Shown here piece after piece: positions 11,844 through 24,135 of a stretch of 64,000 nucleotides of DNA. Source of the stretch: Calcarisporiella thermophila CBS 279.70 (lineage: Eukaryota; Fungi; Calcarisporiellomycota); NCBI RefSeq assembly GCF_041956535.1, contig NW_027192198.1, forward strand, positions 1,046,540 through 1,110,539, given 5' to 3'. Numbering within the stretch: the stretch's first letter is position 1; each line of letters begins with the position of its first letter. The translations under genes and the position numbers were made by a program. Under the pieces are notes generated by a model. The model worked only from the letters and a program-made list of their open reading frames with translations. It did no database searches and was not told the origin of the DNA.

Positions 11844-14289
11844 CTAATACTTGGGAGTGGATGACCAGCCCAGAGAGTTCTCTTGCAACATTGGAGGGGA
11901 GATCTCATTGGGAGGATACCGTTCTGACCCCAGGATACGGTCGCGTTTTTCTTGCCGACGCCGCTTGTACACATTAATGAAAAAGGCAACAATACCCAAC
12001 CAGACTATGGTGGTTGCGGCAACTGCTAGTCCTATCACAACTCCCTTATTAGAGTCAGAACTGGGCTCCGGATTCGATTCTCCAGAGGCAATGATGTTCA
12101 TTCCTAACAAACACAATATTAAATGTCAGCACAGGGATTCAGGATGGCCGACGCCTAAATTATGATTGATGGTACCTTCATTGTTGGTGAGCGCAAGCGG
12201 GAAAGATCGATCGATGAACTGGCTGATCTTCCCGTTTGGATTCGTGTATAGCTTGCTCTGCCCATCACTAAGGACCTGCTTAATTGGCTCGATGGATTCA
12301 CTTGGCACAGCCATTACCACCAACACACCGCTAGTTCCATCCTCGTTTCGTCGCACCTGGCGAGCTTTTCTAGTTGCATCGCTCATGCTCAGCACAACCA
12401 TGCGGGACGGAGGAACACCAACAGCAGAGCCAAGCTCATTGGGCAAGAAGTTGACAATCTGCGCAGCAAGGATTGGATCGTGGCATACCTGGGCGTACTG
12501 AATCCCCATCAGTTTGAGCATTACTGTGGTGCTTCCGGGGGGCGGCGTTGCCTTTGTGTCGGGAACAATCACTTCAGGAAGATTAGAGGCTGGCGAAGCA
12601 CGAGATGTAGAAGTAGTGGAGGTAGTTGCGGCATCGGCTGTTTCTTCCATATTAGTGCGTGTCTTTGTAACCGTGTTGGTTGTGGTTTCTTCGAGGCGGA
12701 GTGTAGGCGGAAGCCAATCTATATCACTGTAGTCTGTAGTGGGTGTAGTGGTGGCGGTAGTTGATGTAAAGGCTGTGGATGTGGTTGGGGTTGCAGAAGC
12801 GGTCTCGCTATCTGATGGTTTGGGAGAGGATGGTGTTTGGCTGGTTAAGCTAGACCCTGTGGCTTCAGTCGCACTGGCAATTGAGGTTGCGATGGTGGCC
12901 GAGGGCGAGGCACTGTTTGGCAACTGCGAGGTTGCAGTGGCCATGCTAGCCAAATTGGACTGAGTCGCAGTGGCTTTTTCTACGGATACGCCCTCCAATG
13001 TGCTCGTTGTTTCTGATGAAGAACCCCCCAAGAGTGGGTCAAGCAAGGGTTTCAATGGCAAAGACATGGAGAGTAAAGGTTGGTCTTTCTTTGCTGTGGC
13101 ACTCGATGGTTTCTCTTCAGATTGAAGAGGGGTAGTCATCGGTGTTCCTATCGCTGATTCATGCATGGGGCGAGAGTGTCGTGAAGGCGTGGGAGTGGCT
13201 TGTTCCATAGAGCGAGGAGGTTGGGACGCAACCGACCTGTGTTCCTCGTTAGACATGCCCGACCCTACGACAGAAGTTGGCTTGTTCGCCTTTGCTTCAG
13301 CTGAATTTGACGAGGTCGGAACATAACTGCTAGAAGATGGAGCGACACTGGAGGAGGTTGAGGGGGGAGGAGTGGGCTCATCACCGCCGCTGCTTGTAGA
13401 CATAGTTGGAGAGGCTTCTTGCGATGGGGTCTCAGTTGGAGTTGCGCTCGAACTCTCTGCTGAGGTACGCTCTGGAGATGCCTCCATGCTGGAGGAGGTA
13501 GTCTCGGTTGCTTTGTCCTTCTCCATTACTTTCTCTTTTTCCATGGTCTTTTCATCTGTGTCTGTTTGCTCCGACTTGAGCTTATCCGTTTTAGTACTCT
13601 CCTCCTCCATCTTGGTGTCCTCTTCTTCCGAATCATCCGTGGCGGCCACTTTCTTCTTCGTCGCCTCAGTACTCGAGCCCTTGGCAGTAGTCTCTTTTTC
13701 AGAGTCCATGGTCTTTGCTTTTGGCTTTGCCTTGGTCTTGACTGCTTCTTCTGTCTCCTTTGGCTTCATCGCCTTGGCGGTTGACTTGGTGGCTTTCGCG
13801 GTTCCTTCTGTAGTGGCCTTCTTTGGCTTTGCCTTTGGCTTGGTTACAGATTGCCGGCCGGTGTTTGCCTTGTTGTTTTGGGAGGAAGAGGGTTGATTGT
13901 TGTTGTTGTTGCCTCTCTGATTCTGAGGTTGGTTCTGGGGTTGGCTCTGGGACTGTACCTGCTGGCCACCTCCGTACTGATTTGAAAACTGAGACCCCTG
14001 TGATCCCGTCCCCATTTGTGCAGGATCAGGACGATTGATGCCCTATAGTAGACAAGCGGGTTGTTAGTTCGCCCTATAGTCCCAAACAGTATGGTCATTC
14101 CCTTCTCTCTCTCCCCTTACTTACCAGGACATTACTCTCTAGATTCTGTATGGCATTAAGGAACAGCCGAGATAACTGTCGCTTCTTATAAGAATGCCTC
14201 AGCTCTCCGTCTACGTGAATGGTCGCCATACTCTGGACGGATAAAACCATCATTAGGCTGACGGCGAGGTAGGGAGCAAGTCGCACCAT
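11844..14289 (-). CDS. Signalling mucin (Msb2/Hkr1-like), 3 exons
   Basis: Signal peptide (MVRLAPYLAVSLMMVLSVQS), long S/T/P-rich region, Msb2/Hkr1-type folded domain (AAQIVNFLP..LYTNP..IDRSFPL), one TM helix followed by YKRRR and an ISPP cytoplasmic tail. Confidence 0.85.
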
Positions 14290-16040
14290 GATGGCTATGC
14301 TTGAATTAAGGGCCCACTATTTGAAAGTGTTAGCGCTAACAGGAATAGGCAGGGAGGACGGAGACACTACAGAAATGAGGGGAATGGATAGGCAGTTGAA
14401 GATGGAGCTGTAAAAGACTCAAACAAGGAGAAATAAAGGAAGGGAATGGGAAGGGGGTGGTAATAGAACGAATGACACTTGGATATTAGAGGTGCTACAG
14501 TTGGTTCAAAGACTCACTCTCACTAAAGATAGAAATGAACACACTTGAATGAGTTCAACGGGGATGTAGAACGACCATTCAAGATGGAATGAGATTCAGA
14601 GATGGTCGTCTCTTTCCAACTTCTTCTTTGAAAGAGGAAAAGGGGAGAGGGAGGGGATGGATATCGTCTTATTTCGTATCGCACAGAAGGGAAAGCATTA
14701 TTAGGCATATGTAACGCTAGCTCATAACGTGCGGTGCACGGATATTGCTTATGTTTCAATCTTATCCCTATTTAAGACAATAGGGGATGCGAACGTGTGC
14801 GACGTTGGCCTCAAGGGACGGAAGTGAGCACAGGCCATTTAATTCTATGAAATTCATTCCCAAAACACCGATTGCCGGAGTACAAAACGTCTTCTCTAAA
14901 TTAAAAGCAACAGTATAAAAATAAATGATTGTGCTGACAGTTCGATCTCAAAGCGCCAATAATGGTGCGCTAAGCTCCCTTAAAGTCTCAGGCAACTCTT
15001 GTAAAGCAAATTAAGAAGCATCGCAATAAAGAGAATACACCTAATTATAAGATAACCGGGAATAATTCGGTCTTTAAAGGCCGAAAATTACTATGAAAAT
15101 AAGAGAACTGAAACAAAATAATTCTATTAAAAAATAAACTAGCTATTAAAAAAGCAAAGGGAACGCTCAATCGCAGAATGCTGAGCGTTTTTTTTTTCTC
15201 ACAATCATATTGAGCTTCAACTAAAGAAACACTAGTAAAATCAATTAAACCCGACTTGACTACAGATGAGAAGATCCTAGATAAACCTCTGGTATAAAAC
15301 CAGTTTTATAATATAACCAAGCATCAACTAATGCTACACAAGGGTGCGAGAGGCGACTTGTGCCTTTTTCTTAATATGAATTCAGAGCAATGAGGCTAGC
15401 ACACTGCCGCAATCGCTGTAGCAGAGATAGTGATGCTTAAATTTATTTGACATTTTTATATGTCAGAAGAGCAATCAAATCGTTTTATAAACGCCCGTTG
15501 TAGTGGAGTCACAATCGCGGTTAATCCCTTTTCTATATCGGTGGTCAGCATCGCCCTTTCTCTCAAGTGAAAAAGAAAAAGCGTGTTCCTTGAGGAGAGA
15601 TTTTGAAAAATTCGTATTTTCTCAACCTATTATTTTTATTGAAATATAAAAGAGACTGGCATTGCTCGGTATCCTATTACTAATATATATACCACGGCGA
15701 CGCGATTATAGTAAAACAGAGCCTGGGCTTGTATGCACTGCAGTTTGTAATACGAGCGCATGATGCATTTTCGTTCTCTCTCTGTATCACATTCTACAAA
15801 AGTGGATAGAAAATTGATAGGAAGAAACCCCATTTTTTACGATTCTAGGTAATACAACTAATAGATGAGTGCAATGGTCTTCATACAGTAATATAAATGG
15901 AAATTACGCAAATGGAGAATAGGGCTGTGTTTGTTTAAGGATAAAATAATAAGATTTTCTTTAGAGATATCCATTTTTCTTGTTCTCAGTAGTAGTGTGG
16001 ATTGGGCTGAGAATCATTTTAGCAAAAAACAAAATTGAAT

Positions 16041-16113
16041 CGCCCAACGTGGGGGTCGAACCCACAACCTTGAGATTAAGAGTCTCACGCTCTACCGATT
16101 GAGCTAGCCGGGC
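16041..16113 (-). tRNA. tRNA-Lys(CUU)
   Basis: Reverse complement GCCCGGCTAGCTCAATCGGTAGAGCGTGAGACTCTTAATCTCAAGGTTGTGGGTTCGACCCCCACGTTGGGCG. Confidence 0.97.
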
Positions 16114-16193
16114 TTCCGCTGAAAGAGAGTTCAAAAAGCCAAATTTGAATAACATAGAATCGTTTTGGATTTTTGCATTTTGCCGCCCTTGGT

Positions 16194-16527
16194 GGGGGAG
16201 GGTTAGTGTAGTGGACTATTCCTGGGATGCCGATGAGAACGGCGTGGGTTCGAATCCCACTTCCCCCACCAGCACTTACTCTTAGTTTGTGACTGCTGTC
16301 CACTTGATCAGAAGCTGAGTCTTGATTATTGAAAAGACCGCCCTTACGATAAGTACAAAAGATTACATCGGTTTCACGTACATGCTATACACGACAACTG
16401 CGATATACGCATATCGATTGAACGTCTATCGATCAAGGACCTATATCTCGTTAAGTCCATTGACATTAACTTCATGTAATATATGGAAATTAAATAAAAG
16501 TTTCCATTGATTGATCAAAAAAAAAAA
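16194..16527 (+). mobile_element. tRNA-derived SINE (copy 2)
   Basis: Head 16194-16271: GGGGGAG/TTCCCCC acceptor stem plus ACCA, A box TAGTGTAGTGG, B box GGTTCGAATCC. 3' hairpin ATGGAAA..AATAAA..TTTCCAT and poly(A). 16-bp TSD TTTGCCGCCCTTGGTG at 16179-16194 and 16528-16543. Confidence 0.9.
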
Positions 16528-16539
16528 TTTGCCGCCCTT

Positions 16540-17409
16540 GGTGCCTCGATTCTGGCCCGAGGTTGGATCTACACCAAAAGATTGGGAGAAGGTTTGGACC
16601 TCCGTCCACAAGCGACCCACACTCCCTAAAACACCGTGCGCTACGCTGGTGGATCCTTGTAGAACGAGTAATCGCTAACTCTACATTTCCTGGTCACGAT
16701 CCAAAGTGTACCCGTTGCAACGCTTCAAGGGTCACAATTCGTCATACCTTTTTCGAATGTCCGGAACCTACACCAGTGTGGTAGTGGGCGGAGAAGTGTA
16801 TCATCACCATCACAGGTCCCCCAGAATTCTCAGGTGCTGATTGCTCGCAACCTTATATTAGGAGACCTATCTGGATCCTCACGAACAGCAAGACACGTGG
16901 CTCAAATCACCTTCGATTCGGTACTGTGGCAAATCCATCGGGATCGTATCGCCTTTCATTTTGAAAACACTCGAGCCTTATCCGAAACCATTATCAATCG
17001 GGCCAAGATGGATATTGAGGAGGCAATAGGAGCCGAACTAACAAGAGCCCGAATAAAGCGACAAATTGAACAGTTCCGAAGCAGGTGGTATATACTGGCC
17101 GCAGTGAAAGAAGGAGCTAATAGAGCGGCTCTAGAACTGGACTGACGCAGTAGCCCCTACTACTAGCCCTTCTCTTTCCTCATATCTCTCTCTCCATATC
17201 ACCTATCAAGTCTTCCCCTAATACCCACAGTTAGCTGAGTTTTATTTCTCATCTACCCATCTGAGGAGAAAATTCGTTATGACCAATTTACCCCGAATTG
17301 CAATACCGCATTAATATCTAGCTCTCATTTTATTACTTTTAATAATGTAACGATTGTACTTTAGAGTCTTCTTAAACAATAAAGACTCATTTTTGATAAA
17401 AAAAAAAAA
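16540..17409 (+). mobile_element. 5'-truncated L1/Tx1-like LINE (3' end of ORF2 plus 3' UTR)
   Basis: zf-RVT-type CxxC..H..C motif (CTRCNASRVTIRHTFFECP) with stop and frameshift. 3' hairpin GAGTCTT..AATAAAGACTC and poly(A). TSD GCATTTTGCCGCCCTT (16175-16190) vs GCTTTTTGCCGCCCTT (17410-17425). Confidence 0.85.
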
Positions 17410-17425
17410 GCTTTTTGCCGCCCTT

Positions 17426-17872
17426 TTCGTAATAGTTTAAATAAACCACTGGATGCAAGTGCTTGGTCCTTTGAGGAAAAAAGCCGCCCTATTCGTCCAA
17501 GCCAAGGATTGTATTTATCACAGATAACCATGAACATGAAGATATTGCATTCAACTGTATCTCTTATCCGATTTACACATTGCCATCAAGGCTCAATAGC
17601 TACAGGCACAGAGGAAAGAATTTAAACTAAGGTTCGAGCAGAAATAGAAAAAGAACTCACCAATCCAGATCGATGAGAGCCGAGAGGTAGGCTTCTATTT
17701 CGAGGGAGTAAATAACACTTGGTTTGAACTTTACAAGCACGGGTCTCACCAGGCTATATCCCTTGATTTCTTGTACTATAAAATCTTGCTTGGAAGCCCC
17801 CTTCACTTATATAATATATTTTAAAATAAACCATAGTGTGCAAGTTTTCGCGTCCTAAAAGGAAAAAAAAAA
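17426..17872 (+). mobile_element. Possible older LINE 3' remnant
   Basis: KVRAEIEKELT resembles MDIEEAIGAELT of the adjacent copy, and the segment ends in an A-run. Confidence 0.35.
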
Positions 17873-17979
17873 GGCACTCGTTTCGTCCAGAAATGGCCAA
17901 CTCTTCCAAGGCATTACGCGCTACATTGACGAATCCATAATGCACGTGTGATCACCAACCTGACCTACCCTGATTGAGC

Positions 17980-18692
17980 CCCGAAGTGTGTACCCTCTGC
18001 AGCGCTTCGAAAGACACAACCCGTTACATTTATTCGAATGTCCTGAAGTAACGCCAATGTGCCAGTGGGCACAGAGATATATCAACATCATTGTATGTCC
18101 CCCAGAACACTCTGGTATCTACTTCTAAGTTTCTAACACTTGGCGTCTTACCCGAAGCCCCAAGTATGCTAAACCATGTGGTTCAAATTACTTTCGATTC
18201 AGCATTGTGGCAGATACACCTGGGCCGCATTGTTTACCACTCGAGTATCATCCGAGACTCTCACCAACCGTGTCAAATTTGGTATCGAGGAACCAAATTG
18301 GTAAAAAGCGCGAAAAGTGCGAGGGCTCGAGCTGTTTCGGGGCAGGTTGTGCAAACAAGATGTGTAGATAGAAGGAGTAGATAGTGCGGCCCCGGTGTTG
18401 AAATGGCGTAGTGGTCACTTCTTATTATTTTCTACCTTTCATAACTCCATGTCTTTTGTTTTCTATCTACTTGACCAATCTTCTAATTACTACTGTCAAA
18501 TTATTTCTTTTGTTTCCATTTTTCATTAGTTATTACTTGAGAAATACAAATTGTTATTTCCAATGTTTTATCTTGAATAGATTTGGCAAATTAACTTTTT
18601 CTTTTCTTTCTATTTTCCCATCATCCTGTAGCCACTGTATTTTATTAGGAATCTCTCTAGTAATAAAGACGCACAATAGCAAAAAAAAAAAA
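17980..18692 (+). mobile_element. Second, more degraded L1/Tx1-like LINE 3' fragment
   Basis: Homologous to 16700-17145 (TTCGAATGTCC; HVVQITFDSALWQIH vs HVAQITFDSVLWQIH). T-rich UTR, AATAAAGAC and poly(A) at 18682-18692. Confidence 0.75.
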
Positions 18693-20218
18693 GCTATCGG
18701 TTGCACTTTATAGATAAGTTTCCCTCTATTGTCTTCCTTCTTTACTAAGATCATCTTTTTTTGTTTTTCTTTCCTTTTGCTTACTACTACCATGGTCATT
18801 AGGTATTGAAAAGAGGACTTTAAGAAAATCCTCTCTTTGTTGTAAAAAATAAAGCCGCCCATTATGGATCTCTCATTCAAAAGGAACAAACAAATATTCT
18901 ATCCTATTTTAATAAAAAAAAAGAAAGCTTTCGACCGCCACTGCTCGAGCGTCATTTGAGAATCTCATCAACCTTGTCAAATCTGATATTAAGACGGCCA
19001 TATAAGGTTATCCTTTTCTTCTGTTTATTTTTTTTTTTATCAGGAGCCGATATGATTTGAGTTCATATACTTATGAATTAAAAACTTGGCTGAAAGTTTA
19101 CGTTGGCTGAGATGAATCTCTTTGTCACCTTAGCTATCCCAAAGCTGGATCAAATGTGAGCAAATTTGATCTTAAGCGCTACGTACTTCTCTAGGTCTAT
19201 AGAATACTTTACAATAAAATACTTGCATTTAAATAACAAGCACTTTATTTTCATTAGCCATTCAATAATTTTATATCCTGTTTTATTTCAAAAAGAAAAA
19301 TAAAAATCGTGCCCTGCAACATAGGGCTGCAATAAAACAGAAAATCAGATACAAAAGTAACTGTACGATACGTGCCAAGCATCCCACTCACCTAGGAAAA
19401 AAAAGCCTCCACTCAATGAAATATCCCAAGGCCTTCTTGGCCATTAGTCCGTTCTTGGCGTACCCTAAGTTCCATGGCGCTATCCACTCGATATAATGCA
19501 CAAAGCTTTGTGGGACTGTTTTCTTGCAACCGATAGCCTTCAAGCTAGCGGGAATTTATGTTGACGGTTCAAAGGATCCACTCCGGCTGCACCAGTTCAT
19601 ACTACGAGGAAAGAAGGCTTAACTCTGTTACATACTAGGAAATTTTATGCTACTGTTTCTTTTCATGTTTCTTTTAATAGCCTGCAGATGGCGGCTTCGT
19701 TTCTTTGTTGATAGCCTTCTGTCTCCGCTACACATCACTGTTTTCGCTTCACCTTGATTGACATTGGTATTGGCCTCTAATTATAGTTTGATAGCGAAAT
19801 GGCTTCATGGGGGAGCATCGGTTCAATTATCCGAGGCAAGCACCAACTCATTGTTTCCACCTAATTATCGACGGGGCGCCATTTTTTGGGTGACACTAGG
19901 CCACCGATCAGGGTAGGCCAGGGCTAGCCAGGGCAGCAATCCTTTCACTAGCTCCACATTATAATTTATTGCATTAAAGGCGGATGAATAGCCCGCAGGA
20001 GATAGAGCACAGTGACTTGGGGGAGGGGGGAGCCCTTCCATCTCCATATAGTGAGTATACCATAGAACGAGGGCAGACAAATTTGAATGGAATTGGCGAG
20101 GGACAGACGAGAATCGGTTGCCACCGCTTCTGACGTCACACCATAGGACAATGATATGGAAATTTTAGCCCGACCCCCACGCAACACTCCTCCTTCGTAA
20201 GATTCTCGACCTCGAGCC

Positions 20219-20611
20219 ATGGATAAGCCAGCGCAATCAGCCCCAGAACCTCTCCCCCACGATCCACCGCCGCCCCCTTATTCCTCAGAGCATCCTGGTG
20301 CCACTTCGAACGAAGCCACTCCATTCGTTCCGTCTAGCTCGAATCATGTATACTCGCCATTTGCCGATTACTATCACACCGTATCCACCCAGATCCAGCA
20401 GCCCCCGGAGTGGAATCGCTTCCCGCTCGCTGCCTGGATGTTTTTGCTGGGCTGGGCCTTCCCTCCGCTGTGGTTTGTAGGCGCATGCTGCTTTCTAAGA
20501 TCGAGCAATCCCTTCGAACGGGCTTGGGCCAAGGTGTGTCTGGTGGTCCTGCTTGTCAGTGTGGTGGTGGGCGTGTTTGTGGCCGTGGGGGAGATTTTCC
20601 GCATGATGTAA
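20219..20611 (+). CDS. Small membrane protein with a PPPPY (PY) motif
   Basis: 130 aa with an N-terminal PPPPPYS and hydrophobic C-terminal helices (FLLGWAFPPLWFVGACC). Confidence 0.75.
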   Translation: MDKPAQSAPEPLPHDPPPPPYSSEHPGATSNEATPFVPSSSNHVYSPFADYYHTVSTQIQQPPEWNRFPLAAWMFLLGWAFPPLWFVGACCFLRSSNPFERAWAKVCLVVLLVSVVVGVFVAVGEIFRMM

Positions 20612-20990
20612 CTGGGGGGAGGAGTGTAGAGTGCGTTTGTAAATATTTCCAATGTTCGTTTGACTCTCAATATTTGAACATCGTGTATCTTATTGCCCTG
20701 TTATTGCTTGTAAAAAAAAATAAAGAAAATTGCAATAGCTGGAGAGAAACAAGAGTAAAAAAAAGCATAGGTGAGGAAAAACAAGAGTGTAAGTAAAGAG
20801 TTTCTGATTTCAGCCCTTTCACAATTCAAGCACTTAACACGGACAGTTCGGTGCAGAAAAAAAAAAGTGGGAGAGGAGAGTGAAAAGAAGTGAAGAGACC
20901 AGACATTATATTATAGAAGAAAAGAAAAACAATTAGGTTGCGCGACATATTTCAGAGCAACAAAGACATCCCAGTAGAAACATAAATTAT

Positions 20991-21714
20991 TCAGGCATGG
21001 GCCTTCCTCCGCAGATGCCTAAGCAAAGCATCCCTGCGGGTGAAGTGCTTACCGCACTTGTCACATCGCACACCGGCATCGCCCATATGCCTCCGCATGT
21101 GGCGATACAAGTCATACACGCGGTTGAACGACGCTTTGCAGATGTCGCAGACGGGCAGCTCGCGGACGGCGTGGCGTGTCTTCCGGCCGGCGGAAGAGGG
21201 GGGCGAGGAGGCGTAGGGGTGGTGGGAGTGACGCATGAGGTAGGAGGGGTGGGGGATGGGGGAGGGGCGGGGGAGAGGTATCCGAGTGAGTCGGGGAGGG
21301 CATATCCGCGCCCCAGCCGTCCTTGTGGTGCTGCTGGTATTGGTTTGGGCTGTGGTGAGGGTAGCGCGTGGGCTGCAGCGGGAGGGGGCAGTGGGACCTC
21401 TCGGCAAGCACGGTGCGCCTCCAGTTGGAGCCATCGCCCACCGAGGATGGCCAGGGGTCGTGGCCGCCGCGCGGCCGATAGTTCTCAGGGAATTCATCCC
21501 GGGCCAGCGAGGGATGCCACTCGCTGGTGGGCTGCGGGGGCGTGAGCAGCCACGCGGGGCGGTCGCCCAGCGAGACGGGCGAGACGGGGGATTGCGGCGG
21601 TGGCGTGGGGTCGAGCACGGTCTCCAGCCAGGACGACCCGCGCCCGGCTTGGATGTCGGCGCCCGCATCCGCGCGCATTTTTGGATGCTGGGGGTAGAAG
21701 GAGTGCGAGGACAT
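20991..21714 (-). CDS. C2H2 zinc-finger transcription factor (apparent frameshift near 21245-21275)
   Basis: Two C2H2 fingers at the C-terminus (CDICKASFNRVYDLYRHMRRH; CDKCGKHFTRRDALLRH). The plausible N-terminus (MSSHSFYPQHP..) lies in a different frame. Confidence 0.75.
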
Positions 21715-23227
21715 GGAGGCAAGGAATGGAGTGAGATGAGCTAACAGGGGGAGGCTATGCACAGGAGGATTGGCGGCCGCTGGGGCAGGGATTTTGGGGA
21801 ATAAATTATATATTTGACAAGAGACACCGAGCTATGTGGCGGCGTCCGGGGCGTCGGGCGGGGGCTAAAGGAGAGGCAGGGGGGGGGGGGAGAGGGGGAG
21901 ACGGCGCCGCGAAGGAAGGTAAACAAAGAACAAAGGCCCGTTCGAGCGCTGGTATATAGGGAGGGGGAGGGGAGAGAATAAATAGGGGATGAGAATAAAT
22001 AGGCTATTCTGAACCAGAAGCGTTGGCCGGCAACGCCTGAAAGCAAATAACTTATTCGGGGGGAAGCGCGGGGAGAGGGGGAAGAGGGATGATGAGGGGG
22101 ATTCGATGATGATAAGGAAAGCAGAAGAAGGCCGCAAAAAAAAGCAAATAGTCAAACACAGCGCGTCCCCAGCCTTTGTTGCCTGTGTAGCGTGAGCGGC
22201 AAAATTCATTGGACTGAGCTTTATTGAGGTAGATCCCTTCCGCGCACCATTCGCGACATCATGCCTGCTGCAAACTTGCCACCATACAACCCGCCCGGAG
22301 GGGGGCGGCCGAGACAAAATGGAAAGGCCCAGAGAAACCTGGTCAGGGTGGGAAAAAGAAGCCGCCGCCCCCCTCCCTCGCCCCCAGCCGTGCCATGAGA
22401 CCGATCTGCACCTCCCGCGCCAATGCCCCGCCCCGCCCCCCCTCGTGGGCCCGTCCCAGGCCCGAGGGGCAGAGACGGGGGAAACTGCAATCTCATCTAA
22501 TTTGTCCCCTGTCAACCATGGCCCATCGCGGCCCGGTCCTCGATGAATACGAAACATGGTGCTCTTCGCCCAGCTCCGGGGCTTCTCCGCGGCCCGCTCT
22601 GGCTTTGCTCGACGCTGCACCACCGGCCCACGGTGTCTCTTCCAAGGCCGGCGAGGCTGGGCAGGACGCGGCCGCATCCGCAGCGGTGCATTTCCAGCCA
22701 AGCTTTGGGTCCGTTCGTTTCTGGGCCCAGAATCGTGAGAGAGCGGCTCACCGATCCAGTGCCGGCCCTCCCGATCCCGCCAACTTTGGAGCGGAGGTCA
22801 CCGCATGAGAGAGGCACCTCCGGCTTCCAAATCGAGCCAGCCCTCGTACGCTTCGGTGTCGTGTGTACCACCCGGCCGAACCATTTGTACTCTGGCCCGG
22901 CCGGCGCTTCCCTCGATGACGGGAGGCCAATGGCTGCGCCCTCGCCCAAAACAAAGCCCTCGATCTCGCAGCTCGATGGCGATCTGGACCATTTCCGCGT
23001 CGTTGCCCCGGTGCTGCGGGAACAGGAGCTCCTCTCCCCTGGGACCGGGCGGCGGCCGGCCTCGACCTGCTTAGCAAGCCATGCCGGTTCAGAGCCCAAG
23101 CTCGATTTGCCGGCTGGGCCTGTGTTGATTTTCGCCCTATAAGCAGAAACACCAATTAACCGGAGATAATTTGTCATATCGGCTAGCGTGGGCCTTCGCT
23201 AACCCTATTCCCTAATACCTCCCCAAT

Positions 23228-23897
23228 ATGAATTCCCTCCGCTCCATGCACAATGCTTTCCGCCTCCCCCTCTCGCGACCAAGGCCATTCTCCACCCTCC
23301 CCGCCTCCCCTCGGGACCCGCCTCCCCTCCGGGCGCCCATCCCCCCTGGCGTAGCCCGCCAGCTCGAGGGATTTCCCAGCGTAATGAATCAGATCGTTGC
23401 ATGGGGAGACATGGTATGTAACCCCTCCCCCCCCCCATCCCTAATCTCTAGCCCCATCATCGCGCTCATGTGGCTTCTGCTTTCATGCTTGGTAGGATAG
23501 CTTCGCCCATTTGAATAATGTGCAATACCTAAGGTACATGGAATCCGGTCGCATTAATTTTTTCCACTCTCTGAGCCCTTTCCTTCCCCCCTCCTTTATG
23601 GACAACTTTGTCACGGCCAAGAAGGTCGGCCCCATCGTGAAATCCATCCTGTGCAAGTACCGCTCGCCCGTGGTCTACCCAGACACCCTGGCCATTGCCC
23701 ATCGGATCTCTGACCTCGGCCCCGACCGATTTACCATGGCCTTTCGCGCCGTGTCCTATGCGCAGGAGAAGATCGTGGCGGAGGGAGAATGTGTCGTGGT
23801 GACGGTGGATTACGAACGCGGGGGCGTCAAGGCGCCGGTTCCGCGTGAGCTGGTGGAGGTGTTTGAGACCGTGTTGAAGAGGGAACAGGGAGAGTGA
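23228..23897 (+). CDS. 4HBT/hotdog-fold acyl-CoA thioesterase, probably mitochondrial
   Basis: VAWGDM|DSFAHLNNVQYLRYMESGR motif is joined across an intron at ~23414-23495; Arg-rich presequence. Confidence 0.88.
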
Positions 23898-24135
23898 ATG
23901 CCCGTCTTGCACAAGCAAGCGTTGCTTAGACTTAGGTAGACTCAATAAAGCAAACTAAAAGAGTGTATAGACACATTGACGAAAAGTTTATTGGTGCTAT
24001 TCTCGTGAACCATGAGGGGGAGATTTTCCTTGTTTTGTTAAAAAAAAAAATCAAAATAAAGAAGAGAGGGGCGCGGGGAAAGTGCAGCGGGAAGTAAGAA
24101 ATGGGAAATAAGAGGAGGGGATGCCAGCGGTTGCT

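Noticed and set aside
15162-15197. Rho-independent terminator-like hairpin plus T-run
   Set aside because: Eukaryotic context with no upstream gene or Pol III boxes; probably chance.
21865-23177. Several overlapping 130-280 aa ORFs
   Set aside because: GC-rich intergenic DNA depleted of stops; R/P/G/A-rich translations with no recognisable motifs.
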